This document shows, piece after piece, positions 26,355-35,643 of a DNA stretch of 64,000 bases; the first letter of the stretch is position 1; each line of letters begins with the position of its first letter. The translations under genes were made by a program, and so were the position numbers. The stretch is from an uncultured Anaerolineae bacterium (GTDB lineage: Bacteria; Chloroflexota; Anaerolineae; JACIWP01). The notes below the pieces were generated by a model, which worked only from the letters and a program-made list of their open reading frames with translations, searched no databases and was not told the origin of the DNA. The stretch is taken from positions 33,974 through 97,973 of the forward strand of contig CALIBQ010000038.1 of assembly GCA_938049385.1 (NCBI GenBank). The letters are read 5' to 3'.

Positions 26355-26399
26355 ATCGTCCCTCCTGTGCGGTATGCATATTGTATACCAGGGGACGAT
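26355..26399 (-). promoter_or_regulatory. inverted repeat ATCGTCCC...GGGACGAT directly upstream of XRE-cupin gene; left arm contains its RBS
   Basis: 8-bp arms flanking GTATGCATATTGTATAC core read directly; AGGAGGG RBS is inside one arm. Confidence 0.3.
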
Positions 26400-26452
26400 A
26401 TTGTCAACTATGAAGGTTTAGAGAAAACTCGCCCCGGCCCCTTTCCCTGCGC

Positions 26453-27718
26453 CTATGACAGTGCCCGGGTGCGCCGGCGCACAGCGAGATACATGCCCAA
26501 CAGGCCGATGCCCGGCAGGATGCTCAGGCCGCAGACCTCGGGCGCAGGTGCCGGCGTGGGCGAAGCCTGCGGCGTGGCCTCCCCTTCCGCGACGGGCGGA
26601 GTGCCTGCGGCCGGCAGTTGGCGCGGCCCCAGCCCCAGGCTCTCCCGCCACAGCCGGTCCAGCTCATCCAGCCCGAAACCGTACACTCTTTGTAGGGCAT
26701 CCTCCTGATACGCCCCCCGCTTGAACTCCTGCAGGAGGGCGACCAGCTTCTCGCGCCCGTAGGTCTCCAGGAGGAACTTCACCAGGCTGTACGATTCGGC
26801 GTAGAAGAGGTCCACTTTGGCGGGGTCGCCGCTGTAGCCGGACAGGGAGCGGACGGAGATGAGGTCATCCTGCTTGACGGCCTGGTCGAGGGCGCGGCGG
26901 TTGCGGGCCGGCAGTTCCCCCTCGGCGTACATGGCCAGCCCCTCGTCCAGCCAGCGCGGCAGATCGCCAAAGGGATTTTTCGTCGCCAGGCCGACCACGA
27001 TATGGCTCAGCTCATGGGCCAGGGTCTGGTCCAGATCCGGCTCACTGCCCAAGAGCAGGAGCGTATCATCGGCGACCACCATGCCCAGCGTCACTGTCAT
27101 CTCGTCATAGCGCTCACTGCGCGAGGGCAGGGCCAGGCGCATGTCATTCCGGTTGGCATAGACGTAGATGTGAATGGGCTGTTCGAGCGTGACGCCGATT
27201 TCCTGGCCCAGCCTCTCCAGAATCTGGAGGGACTGCTGGAGCAGTGCCTGGGCTTTCTTGGCGTCGCGATAGGCGTAAACATGCACCAGGTCTTGGGCAT
27301 ATTCCTGCCAGTCGAAGCGGTCGTCCTGATAGACAAGGGAATAGGAGGTAGTGCGGGTCTGCCGGCCGGCGGCGTCGCTGATCTGCCAGTAATAGGTTAT
27401 CAGGGCGCCGGGGTACAGGGAGCCGGGGAACAACTGCCAGCGCCACTCGGCCTGCACCTGCCGGCTGGGCCGAAATTCCGGATAAGCGCGCGTGACCACT
27501 CGGCTGTCCCCTACCCGATAGAATAGGATGACCGACTGGATGTCGGCGTCGCTCTGCGCCGTCAGGCGGAAGCGGATTTCTTTGGCGAAGGAATAGCTGG
27601 CGCTGGAGTTGAGCACCTGGATGCCGGCGTCCTGGCTCCACACCAGGCCGGCCGGCGCGATGAGCAGGGCGCAGAACAGGGCCAGGAAAAGGTAGAACCA
27701 CCAGCGGGATCGCTTCAT
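26453..27718 (-). CDS. secreted peptidase MA-family zinc metalloprotease (HEXXH) with C-terminal TM anchor
   Basis: N-terminal signal peptide MKRSRWWFYLFLALFCALLIAPAGLVWSQ; zinc motif LAHELSHIVV; C-terminal APAPEVCGLSILPGIGLLGMYLAVRRRTRALS (hydrophobic helix plus Arg-rich tail). Confidence 0.7.
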   Translation of the reverse strand: MKRSRWWFYLFLALFCALLIAPAGLVWSQDAGIQVLNSSASYSFAKEIRFRLTAQSDADIQSVILFYRVGDSRVVTRAYPEFRPSRQVQAEWRWQLFPGSLYPGALITYYWQISDAAGRQTRTTSYSLVYQDDRFDWQEYAQDLVHVYAYRDAKKAQALLQQSLQILERLGQEIGVTLEQPIHIYVYANRNDMRLALPSRSERYDEMTVTLGMVVADDTLLLLGSEPDLDQTLAHELSHIVVGLATKNPFGDLPRWLDEGLAMYAEGELPARNRRALDQAVKQDDLISVRSLSGYSGDPAKVDLFYAESYSLVKFLLETYGREKLVALLQEFKRGAYQEDALQRVYGFGLDELDRLWRESLGLGPRQLPAAGTPPVAEGEATPQASPTPAPAPEVCGLSILPGIGLLGMYLAVRRRTRALS

Positions 27719-27723
27719 GTCTG

Positions 27724-27945
27724 TTATTCCCTGGGCGGGGGCACCGGCAGGCGCTCCGCCGGCGTCGTGCTCCAGCGGTTCCCGATCTCTTCCAGCATGT
27801 ACGGGATGTCATCAATGATCGGGTACTTGCGGCCGCACTCCTGGCACACCAGCCAGCACTCTTTCACCAGTTCCAGCAGTCCCTCCCGGCCCTGCGGGGC
27901 ACAGTGGGGACAGCGCAGGATGGTCAGCAGTTCCTGGTCAATCAT
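27724..27945 (-). CDS. Trm112-family small zinc-ribbon protein
   Basis: ORF 27724..28017; start at MIDQELLTIL; motif LLTILRCPHC...LVCQECGRKYPIIDDIPYMLEE typical of Trm112/UPF0434. Confidence 0.6.
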   Translation of the reverse strand: MIDQELLTILRCPHCAPQGREGLLELVKECWLVCQECGRKYPIIDDIPYMLEEIGNRWSTTPAERLPVPPPRE

Positions 27946-28013
27946 GGGATGGCCTCCTTGCGGCAGGGCATCGAGTTTTGCCGGCCGCAGTATAGCACAA
28001 GAGGGGCGAGGGT

Positions 28014-28658
28014 TCAATTCCCCGCCGGCGGCTCCTCTTCCTCGGCGGGCGGATACAGACCGCCCAAGTCATCCACCGTCTTGATGACCCGGGCCGGGTT
28101 GCCGGCGGCTACCGCACGCGGCGGGATGTCATGGGTAACGACGGAGCCGGCGCCGATGAGGGCATCGGCGCCGATGCGTCGGCCGGGCAGGATGGTGGTG
28201 TTGGCGCCGATCTTGGCGCGCCGGCCGATGACCGGCCCCTCGAGTTGTTCCTTCACCCCCACCGACAGGGGGTAGCGGGCGTTGGTCAGCACCACGTTCG
28301 GCCCCAGCCAGCATCCCTCCTCCAACACTGAGTACTCCGGCACAAAGGCCTGGGAGTGCACCCGGACACCGTCCTCGATGCGCACATGGTGCTCAATAAC
28401 AGTGTGGGAACCGATGCTGACGTTGTTCCCGATCTCGTTCTCTTCGCGGATCAGGACGTGGTGGCCCGTCTGGAAGTTGTCGCCGATGCGGTTGCCGGCG
28501 TATATCACCGTGTGCGAGCGGATGACCGCGTTATCCCCGATGACTGTCTCCAGCTCGCCGGGGGCGCGGCCGCGCGGCGGCTCGCCGATGATGACGAAAG
28601 CGCCGATCTGCACATTCTTGCCCAGTCGGACGTTGGGGTAAATCTTGGCTTCGGTCAT
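28014..28658 (-). CDS. sugar N-acetyltransferase with left-handed beta-helix (hexapeptide repeats), WbpD/PglD-like
   Basis: ORF 28014..28826; start at MTEAKIYP (ATG 28658, GAGGAAA RBS); repeated [LIV]-G-x-x-x-x hexapeptides (VIGDNAVIRSHTVIYAGNRIGDNFQTGHHVLI...IGSHTVIEHHVRIEDGVRV). Confidence 0.8.
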   Translation of the reverse strand: MTEAKIYPNVRLGKNVQIGAFVIIGEPPRGRAPGELETVIGDNAVIRSHTVIYAGNRIGDNFQTGHHVLIREENEIGNNVSIGSHTVIEHHVRIEDGVRVHSQAFVPEYSVLEEGCWLGPNVVLTNARYPLSVGVKEQLEGPVIGRRAKIGANTTILPGRRIGADALIGAGSVVTHDIPPRAVAAGNPARVIKTVDDLGGLYPPAEEEEPPAGN

Positions 28659-28704
28659 GCTGGTTTCCTCGTATGAGAGTATCGGGGGAAAAGCTGGCAA
28701 GCTA

Positions 28705-30027
28705 TCACAGCTTGACGATTTTCGCTCGCGGCGCCCGCACCCCGCGCAGGGCGTTGCGCGTGTCCACGATAAGGCCGGCGTTCTGCGCCACCCACTCCCA
28801 ATCGTAAGCGGAGTGGTCCGTGACAATGACGACGCAGTCCGCCTGCTGAAGCGCCTGCGCGGTCAAATCCACGGACCGCATGACCGCATCATCCAACTGG
28901 AGTTGGGGCACATGCGGGTCATGGTACGAGAGGTTCGCGCCGCGCAGGAGCAGTTCGCGCATAATGTCCAGCGCCGGCGATTCGCGGATATCGCCCACAT
29001 CCTTTTTATAGGCCGCGCCCAGTATCAACACCGAGGAGCCGCGCACCGGCTTGCGGGCATCGTTCAGCGCGGCGATAACCTTGTCCACCACGTAGTGCGG
29101 CATATGGGAGTTGATCTCGCCGGCCAGTTCGATGAAGCGCGCCGTGTAGTTCAGGGTGCGCAGTTTCCAGGCCAGATAATGGGGGTCCACCGGGATGCAG
29201 TGCCCGCCGAGGCCCGGCCCCGGCAGGAAGCGCATGAAGCCAAAGGGCTTGGTGGCGGCGGCGTCAATCACCTCCCATACGTCCAGCCCCAGTCGGTCGC
29301 ACATGATGGCGATCTCATTGACCAGGGCGATGTTGACGGCGCGAAAGGTGTTTTCCAGCAGTTTGGTCATCTCGGCGGCCGCCGGCGAGCTGACCGGCAC
29401 AATGGTCTCGATGATGGAACCGTAGAGCGCGCTGGCTACCTCCAGGCAGGCCGGCGTCATCCCCCCGATGACCTTGGGCGTGTTGCGGATGGTGTAGACC
29501 GGGTTGCCAGGGTCCACCCGTTCCGGCGAGAAGGCCAAGAAAATGTCCTCGCCGATGCGCAATCCGTTGGCCGCCAGGCGCGGGGCGATGATTTCCTCGG
29601 TGGAGCCGGGGTAGGTAGTGGATTCCAGGACGATGAGCTGGCCGCGCCGGCTCCGCTGGGAGATAGCGTCCGCGGCCTGCAGGATGTACGAGATGTCCGG
29701 GTCGCGGCTCTTGCCCAGCGGTGTGGGCACGCAGATGGAAATGGTGTCGAGTTGGGGAATCATGTCGTAAGAGCTGGTGGCCATGAGCCGGCGCCCCTCC
29801 ACCAACAGCCGCAGTCGCTCCGCCGGCACGTCCCCAATGTAGCTCTGGCCGGCGTTGATGGCCGATACCCGATGCGGGGCCAGATCAATGCCCAACACGG
29901 TAAAGCCGGCCTCGGCAAATTCCACCGCCAGTGGCAGGCCTACATATCCAAGGCCCACCACCCCCACGCGGGCTTCCTTCCGCCGGATGCGCTCCAGGAG
30001 AGCTTCCTTCACAGACGGAATAGACAT
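28705..30027 (-). CDS. nucleotide-sugar 6-dehydrogenase (UDP-N-acetyl-D-glucosamine/mannosamine dehydrogenase, WbpA/WecC-like)
   Basis: 440 aa; NAD-binding GVVGLGYVGLPLA; catalytic Cys region PGPGLGGHCIPVDPHYL; UDP-glucose/GDP-mannose dehydrogenase family C-terminal domain. Confidence 0.9.
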   Translation of the reverse strand: MSIPSVKEALLERIRRKEARVGVVGLGYVGLPLAVEFAEAGFTVLGIDLAPHRVSAINAGQSYIGDVPAERLRLLVEGRRLMATSSYDMIPQLDTISICVPTPLGKSRDPDISYILQAADAISQRSRRGQLIVLESTTYPGSTEEIIAPRLAANGLRIGEDIFLAFSPERVDPGNPVYTIRNTPKVIGGMTPACLEVASALYGSIIETIVPVSSPAAAEMTKLLENTFRAVNIALVNEIAIMCDRLGLDVWEVIDAAATKPFGFMRFLPGPGLGGHCIPVDPHYLAWKLRTLNYTARFIELAGEINSHMPHYVVDKVIAALNDARKPVRGSSVLILGAAYKKDVGDIRESPALDIMRELLLRGANLSYHDPHVPQLQLDDAVMRSVDLTAQALQQADCVVIVTDHSAYDWEWVAQNAGLIVDTRNALRGVRAPRAKIVKL

Positions 30028-30030
30028 GTC

Positions 30031-31044
30031 TCAATATCCCTCCTCCGGGTTGATTTCATTCAGCAGTGGCTCGCCAGCCAGATATCGGCGCAGGTTTTCT
30101 GCGAACAGACGGGAGGCGCGCTCCTCATAGCGGTCTGTGATGGCGGAGATATGGGGTGTGAGGATGACGTTGTCCAGCTCCCAGAGCGGGTGGTCCGCCG
30201 GCAGGGGTTCTTTGGAGAACACATCGAGGGCGGCGCCGGCGATCCACTTTTCCCGCAGGGCCTGGAGCAAGTCCTGCTCCACGATAATATCCCCGCGCGC
30301 CACATTGATAAGGAGTGCCGAGGGTTTCATGGCGCGCAGCGCGTCGGCGTTGATAAGGCCGCGGGTGGCCGGCGTCAGCGGGAGGGTCACCATCACATAG
30401 TCGCACTCACCCAGCATGCTGTGCAGTTCCTCCGGGCCGTACCAGCGTTCTGGAAGCCGACCTTCCGGGTCCCCCAATCCTGGCTCGATATAGCCGCGGT
30501 CGCGCCGGTCCTGCGGGTGGCGCTTGAGTGCCAGGATGCGCATGCCGAAGGCCGAGGCCAGCCGGGCGACCTCGCGGCCGATACTGCCGTACCCCACGAT
30601 GCCCAAGACAGCGTCGCGCAGTTCCAGACTGCGCAGGATGTTCCAGCGTCCTTTGGGCCATTCCCGCCGGCGCTGAAGCTCCAGCGTGGTCGGCAGGCGG
30701 CGCGCCCAGGCCAGCATGACGGCCATAACATATTCCGCCATGGGGCCGGCGTGGATGCCGCTGGTGGTGGTGATGTGGATGTGCCGGGCGGCCATGACCG
30801 GATGGCCGGCCAGGTGCTCCGCGCCGGCACTGGAAAGCTGAACCCAGCGCAGGCTGGGCACCTGTTCCAGCGAAGGGGGCAGTCCAAAGGTGTACAGCAC
30901 CTCAGCGCGCGCCAGCGGCTCGCCGATGGAAGCAAAATCCTGGGTAGGGATTTGCTCCACGTTCAGTTGGGGGGAGACGGAACGCAGTCGCTCGAGCTGG
31001 CTGTCGTTGAAGCGGCCGAGGCATAATACGTGAACGGTGTGCAT
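30031..31044 (-). CDS. D-isomer-specific 2-hydroxyacid dehydrogenase family protein (NAD-binding)
   Basis: 337 aa; Rossmann motif GIVGYGSIGREVARL, conserved RGDIIVEQDLLQAL...LDVFSKEP...NVILTPHIS catalytic region. Confidence 0.85.
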   Translation of the reverse strand: MHTVHVLCLGRFNDSQLERLRSVSPQLNVEQIPTQDFASIGEPLARAEVLYTFGLPPSLEQVPSLRWVQLSSAGAEHLAGHPVMAARHIHITTTSGIHAGPMAEYVMAVMLAWARRLPTTLELQRRREWPKGRWNILRSLELRDAVLGIVGYGSIGREVARLASAFGMRILALKRHPQDRRDRGYIEPGLGDPEGRLPERWYGPEELHSMLGECDYVMVTLPLTPATRGLINADALRAMKPSALLINVARGDIIVEQDLLQALREKWIAGAALDVFSKEPLPADHPLWELDNVILTPHISAITDRYEERASRLFAENLRRYLAGEPLLNEINPEEGY

Positions 31045-31122
31045 AGGGTGCTTCTCCTCCGGAAAGGTGATGGAGTGCAGAGAAGGTGTCTGGCGAAGGC
31101 CCAGCCGGCGTTGGAACCGGGA

Positions 31123-31806
31123 TCAACGGGCCGGCGGGGCATGGCTCTCCGGTGGGAGCACCAGACGGTAGCCCTGCCCGCGCACCGTCTGAAGATAGAC
31201 CGGGTGCTGGGGGACTGGCTCGATTTTCTTCCTCAGCCAGCAGACATGTACTTCCAGCGTGCGTGTATCTTTGACGTAATCGGTGTTCCAAATGGTGCGC
31301 ATAATCTCCCCGCGGGTGACGACCTCGCCGGCGCGCGCCACCAGCAGGGACAGCAGAGCGGCTTCCTTGGGCGTCAGATGGATGGTGTCCTCCCCTCGCA
31401 GGAGGAGGCGGTGCTTGGGATCGAAGGTTACATCTCCCAGCCGGACGAGATAGCGTGGGGGGATTTGCTGGAGGCGCCTGATGCGGTAGTAGAGCTTGCG
31501 GAAGGTGATGGGCGGCTCGAAATACGCGTCCACCGCCTGGGGGACGGATGAACATGTACGCGGCAGGGCGGCAATCAACCAGACATAGGGGTCTGAATGC
31601 CGCACCTTTTCGCACAGGGCTAATCCCTTTCCCAGGTCATCGGTGGTGTCGACAAAGGCATAGTCGGCATCAGCGTTAGCGGCCCATGCCACCATCTGCC
31701 GTTTGTTGCCGGTGGTCTGGACCGCGAAGCCATGCTGATCCAGCGCCTTCGCCAGTGACGAGGCCACTGCCCGATTGTGGGTGAAAATCAGCACCTTTTC
31801 CGACAT
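31123..31806 (-). CDS. OmpR/PhoB-family winged-helix regulator with degenerate (atypical) receiver domain
   Basis: C-terminal trans_reg_C (LTPKEAALLSLLVARAGEVVTRGEIMRTIW...LEVHVCWLRKKIE...VRGQGYRL); N-terminal receiver-like fold has LIFTHN instead of VVDDD and EPP instead of KP. Confidence 0.75.
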   Translation of the reverse strand: MSEKVLIFTHNRAVASSLAKALDQHGFAVQTTGNKRQMVAWAANADADYAFVDTTDDLGKGLALCEKVRHSDPYVWLIAALPRTCSSVPQAVDAYFEPPITFRKLYYRIRRLQQIPPRYLVRLGDVTFDPKHRLLLRGEDTIHLTPKEAALLSLLVARAGEVVTRGEIMRTIWNTDYVKDTRTLEVHVCWLRKKIEPVPQHPVYLQTVRGQGYRLVLPPESHAPPAR

Positions 31807-31976
31807 GGTGGGTATCCTGCGCGCTTCTTGACCGAACTTAAGTCAGGTGAAGCTAGCACCGGTTGGGGCTGCCGGCCTGGGAAGAAGAGGCACGTCCGTC
31901 ACGTGAATACCTGCTTTCCGCACCAACACACATACCATTATACCGGACGCGGCCGAATCCGGCAATATGTACCATC

Positions 31977-32137
31977 GAGGGTATGGGAAAAAGTCCAAAC
32001 ATGCAATCTGTGGAAGCGGCCTAGCGGCTGAAGCCACGGCAATAATTGCGAAGCCTGCCTGCGCAGACCGACTTCGCAGGCACACAGCCGCAGTTTCAAC
32101 TGCCAGGCGATGAGCCAATATCTTTTTCGACACCCTC
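31977..32137. repeat. MITE-like repeat copy with imperfect TIRs (GAGGGTATGGGAAAAAG ... CTTTTTCGACACCCTC)
   Basis: same orientation and near-identical core as copy at 13047 (GTCCAAACATGCAATCTGTGGAAGCGGCCTAGCGGCTGAAGCCACGGCAATAATTGCGAAGCCTGCCTGCGCAGACCGACTTCGCAGGCACACAGCCGCAGTTTCAACTGCCAGGCGATGAGCCAATAT). Confidence 0.75.
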
Positions 32138-32254
32138 ACTATCGGGCCATTTTCGCCGGCGCTTAATCTTCTTTTAATCCAGCCGTGATACACATGTAGC
32201 GGGTGTTATGCCCATACTTGAAAATCCTACCAATCTGAAGGAGCAAGGAGGGGT

Positions 32255-33445
32255 GTGCCTATGTGGCGACATCGTAGCCTGGCCTGGATCAGTTTGCTGG
32301 TCTTGCTGTCCTTGCTGGTAAGCCCGCTGGTTGTGCTGGCCCAGGGGGAGGCCGGCGCGTCCGCACCGTTCCGCATGTTCACCTCCTACCCGGCGCGCGA
32401 GGTGGCCAAGGGTGGGACGGCGACCTTCGACATCTCTCTGCTGGCCAACTCCGAACCGCAGATCGTCTTCCTGGAAGTGCAGGGACTGCCCGAAGGTTGG
32501 AAAGCCACCCTGCGCGGCGGGGGTGACGTCATCCGCGCGGCCTACGTGCAGACCGAGGATAAGACCTCTGTCTCGCTGAAGATCGAGGTGCCGGCGGAGG
32601 CCGCCCCGGACACCTACCGCTTCACACTGGCCGGCAAGAGCGATCGAGGGCAGGTGACGCTCCCGCTGGAACTGACCGTGAAGGAGAAGCTTCCCCCGAC
32701 CCTGACTTGGGAGGTCAAACTGCCCACCCTGCGGGGCAATCCGACTACCACTTTCCGCTATGATGCCACCCTGCGCAACGACGGCGGCGAGGACCTCAAC
32801 GTCAACCTGGTTTATGAAGCGCCGCAGGACTTCAAGGTGGTCTTCCGCCTGCTGGGGCAGGATGTGAGCAGTTTCCCCATCAAAGCCGGCGAATCCAAAT
32901 CCCTGACCATCGAAGTTGACCCGCCTGATACCATGCCGGCCGGCAAGTACGACATCACCCTGCGGGCGCGCGGCGGGGAGACTGAGGCCGAGACCAAGCT
33001 GACAGCGGACATCACGCCTAAACCCGGCAGTCCCGTGCTCAGCATCAGCGGTGCGGACGGCCGGCTCTCCGGCGATGCCTATGCCGGCAAGGAGAACACC
33101 CTCAAGATCGTGGTGTACAATACCGGCGATGCCGCGGCCGAGAAGGTGAAGATGAGCTCCTCGGAGCCAGCCGGCTGGACGGTCTCCTTTGACCCCGAGG
33201 AAATCGCCAGAATCCCCGCCGGCGAGCAGGCCGAGGTGAAAATGACCATCAAGCCGGCGGAGAAGGCCATTGCCGGCGATTACATGATCAGTATTACCGC
33301 CAAGCCGGAGAAGGAAAGCTCCAAGTCGGTGGACTTCCGCATTACCGTCCGCACCTCGACCTTGTGGGGCGTTGTCGGTGTGGCTCTGATCGCCGTCGCT
33401 GTGGGGGTGGTCGCCATCGCTGTCCTGCGCTTCGGCCGCCGCTGA
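32255..33445 (+). CDS. exported NEW3-domain (NPCBM-associated) repeat protein with C-terminal membrane anchor
   Basis: signal peptide; repeated beta-sandwich modules ([23 protein letters not shown]; [27 protein letters not shown]; [25 protein letters not shown]); C-terminal [29 protein letters not shown]; first gene of NEW3-ABC ATPase-ABC2 permease trio. Confidence 0.65.
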   Translation: MPMWRHRSLAWISLLVLLSLLVSPLVVLAQGEAGASAPFRMFTSYPAREVAKGGTATFDISLLANSEPQIVFLEVQGLPEGWKATLRGGGDVIRAAYVQTEDKTSVSLKIEVPAEAAPDTYRFTLAGKSDRGQVTLPLELTVKEKLPPTLTWEVKLPTLRGNPTTTFRYDATLRNDGGEDLNVNLVYEAPQDFKVVFRLLGQDVSSFPIKAGESKSLTIEVDPPDTMPAGKYDITLRARGGETEAETKLTADITPKPGSPVLSISGADGRLSGDAYAGKENTLKIVVYNTGDAAAEKVKMSSSEPAGWTVSFDPEEIARIPAGEQAEVKMTIKPAEKAIAGDYMISITAKPEKESSKSVDFRITVRTSTLWGVVGVALIAVAVGVVAIAVLRFGRR

Positions 33446-33464
33446 CGGCGGAAGGAGGGCGCCT

Positions 33465-34415
33465 ATGGACGAACTGGTGATCGAGACCGAGGGCCTGACC
33501 AAGCATTACAACGGGGTGGTGGCGGTGGAGGACCTGAACCTGCGGGTGCGCCGGCAGGAGGTCTTCGGCCTACTGGGCCCCAACGGTTCCGGCAAGACCA
33601 CCACCATCCTCATGCTCCTCGGGCTGACGGAGCCAACCGCCGGCTGGGTGCGTGTGCTGGGCCTGGACCCAGCCCGCCAGCCCCTCAGCGTCAAAGCGCG
33701 CGTCGGCTATATGCCTGACGAGGTGGGCTTTTACGAAGAGCTGACCGCTCGCGAGAACCTGGCCTACATCGCTCGGCTGAACGGCCTCTCCGGGCGCGCC
33801 GCCTATGAGCGCATCGAGGAAGCGCTGGGGCGGGTGGGCTTGCTGGAGGTGGCGGACCGCCCCGTCGCCACCTATTCCCACGGCATGAAGCGCCGGCTGG
33901 GCGTGGCCGACGTGCTCATCAAGAAACCCCAGCTCATCATTATGGATGAGCCTACCCAGGGCCTGGACCCGGAGGCGGCGCGCGAGTTCCTGCGCATCAT
34001 TCGAAGCCTCAAGGAGGAGGGCATCACCATCGTTCTTTCCTCCCATTTGCTCCATCAGGTGCAGGCGGTCTGTGACCGGGTGGGTCTGTTCCACAAAGGG
34101 CGTATGGTGCTGGAAGGGACGGTCACCGAGCTGGCGCGGAAGGTGCTGGGCACCGCCTACCACATCCAGCTCGAGGCAGAGGGCCAGTCGGAGAGGATTA
34201 TGGAGGCACTGCGCCGGCTCCCTGGCGTTACCGACGTGATTTGGGATAGCAAGCATCACTATCGGGTGGCGGCAGTGGAAGACCTGCGCACGGAAGCCGC
34301 CGGCGCCGTCATGTCCGCCGGTGGCCGGCTCCTCTCGCTCGAGCTGGACCGCCCTAGCTTGGACGACATCTATGCCCGCTACTTCGAGGAGGTGGAGCAT
34401 GTCCCAGCCGCGTGA
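33465..34415 (+). CDS. ABC transporter ATP-binding protein (ABC-2 type)
   Basis: Walker [10 protein letters not shown], signature SHGMKRRLG, Walker [13 protein letters not shown]. Confidence 0.9.
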   Translation: MDELVIETEGLTKHYNGVVAVEDLNLRVRRQEVFGLLGPNGSGKTTTILMLLGLTEPTAGWVRVLGLDPARQPLSVKARVGYMPDEVGFYEELTARENLAYIARLNGLSGRAAYERIEEALGRVGLLEVADRPVATYSHGMKRRLGVADVLIKKPQLIIMDEPTQGLDPEAAREFLRIIRSLKEEGITIVLSSHLLHQVQAVCDRVGLFHKGRMVLEGTVTELARKVLGTAYHIQLEAEGQSERIMEALRRLPGVTDVIWDSKHHYRVAAVEDLRTEAAGAVMSAGGRLLSLELDRPSLDDIYARYFEEVEHVPAA

Positions 34416-35385
34416 GGAAGGCCGGCGTTTGCCGGCACGCGAAGGCTCTCCCTGGACGGGGTTGTGGGCAGTGGTCGCCAAGGAGATGGCTGACCATCTC
34501 ACCAGCGCGCGCATGCGCATCCTGGAAATCCTCATCGTACTGACCGCCGTCGGCACGGTGTACATGGCCATCCAGGAAATCCGCACCACCATCGCCCAGG
34601 ACCCCTTCCTGTTCCTGCGTCTGTTCACGACGTCGAAGGACCCTGTGCCGGCCTTCGTCGGTTTCCTGGGCTTCTTGATACCGCTCATCGCCATTGCCCT
34701 GGGCTTTGACAGCATCAACGGCGAGTTTAACCGCCGCACCATCTCTCGTGTGCTGGCCCAGCCCATTTACCGCGACGCGCTGTTGATGGGCAAGTTCCTG
34801 GCAGGCCTCTTCACCCTGACCATAGTGCTGACGGCCATCTGGCTGTTGATCATCGGGCTGGGGCTGATCACGCTGGGAGTGCCGCCCAGCCCGGAGGAGC
34901 TGGCGCGCGCCCTGTGCCTGCTTCTGCTGTCTATCTTCTACGGCGGCATCTGGCTGGCAGTGGCGATGGTCTTTTCGGTGGTGTTCCGCCAGCCGGCCAC
35001 GGCGGCATTAGCGGCTATCGCCATCTGGCTCTTCTTCCTGGTGTTCTGGGACATCTTGAGCAGTCTGCTGGCGTCTGCGCTCCTGCCCATCCGCTACGGC
35101 GCGATGGAGGAAATCCTGGCGCAGACCAAACTGGCCATGAACCTGGCGCGCATCTCGCCCAACACCCTGTTCAGCGAGGCCATCATCCCCATCCTCCAGC
35201 CCAACGTGCGCTCCCTGGGGCTGGTGCTGACCTGGCAGTTGCAGGGGGCCATTTTGGGCACGCCCCTGCCGCTGGGGGAGAGCCTAGTGCTCATCTGGCC
35301 GCATCTGACCGGCCTCATCGCCGGCACTATCCTCCTCTTCGCCCTGTCCTACATCCTCTTCCAGCGGCGGGAAATCCGCGTCTGA
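34399..35385 (+). CDS. ABC-2 family transporter permease
   Basis: ORF 34321..35385; start at MSQPREEG (ATG 34399, GGAGGTGGAGC RBS, 17-nt overlap with ATPase gene); 6 TM helices. Confidence 0.8.
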   Translation: MSQPREEGRRLPAREGSPWTGLWAVVAKEMADHLTSARMRILEILIVLTAVGTVYMAIQEIRTTIAQDPFLFLRLFTTSKDPVPAFVGFLGFLIPLIAIALGFDSINGEFNRRTISRVLAQPIYRDALLMGKFLAGLFTLTIVLTAIWLLIIGLGLITLGVPPSPEELARALCLLLLSIFYGGIWLAVAMVFSVVFRQPATAALAAIAIWLFFLVFWDILSSLLASALLPIRYGAMEEILAQTKLAMNLARISPNTLFSEAIIPILQPNVRSLGLVLTWQLQGAILGTPLPLGESLVLIWPHLTGLIAGTILLFALSYILFQRREIRV

Positions 35386-35392
35386 ACCTTCC

Positions 35393-35422
35393 GGGGCGGG
35401 CACCAGGCCCGCCCCAATTTTT
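35393..35422 (+). terminator. rho-independent terminator after ABC-2 permease (GGGGCGGGC-ACCA-GGCCCGCCCC + TTTTTTT)
   Basis: read directly. Confidence 0.7.
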
Positions 35423-35518
35423 TTGACATCCCCCAGGAAATGGATATGCTATGAAGGAGCCGGGAATGTCGGATGTAGGTCGGCATTGGAGTTTCGCCAG
35501 GCGCTTCCACCCCTTCCG

Positions 35519-35606
35519 TGCCACCTGCTCCCCTCCCTGCGTGCGGGGAGGGGGTGGGGGTGGGGCATTTCCCTCCCCGCGTGCGGGGAGGGGCCAGGGG
35601 TGGGGT
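35519..35606. repeat. tandem ~42-bp G-rich REP-like units, each a hairpin (CCCTCCC-TGCGTGCG-GGGAGGG) followed by GGTGGGGGTGGGG (G-quadruplex-capable)
   Basis: two direct copies read at 35519-35560 and 35563-35606 in the obg leader; related hairpin at 41615-41657. Confidence 0.5.
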
Positions 35607-35643
35607 AACTCCCTATATCACAAAACACACAGGGGATGGCATC

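Noticed and set aside
28645-31026. 793-aa plus-strand ORF
   Set aside because: Antisense to three well-supported minus-strand genes (LbH acetyltransferase, UDP-sugar dehydrogenase, 2-hydroxyacid dehydrogenase); low-complexity Arg/Gly/Ala-rich translation typical of spurious ORFs in high-GC DNA
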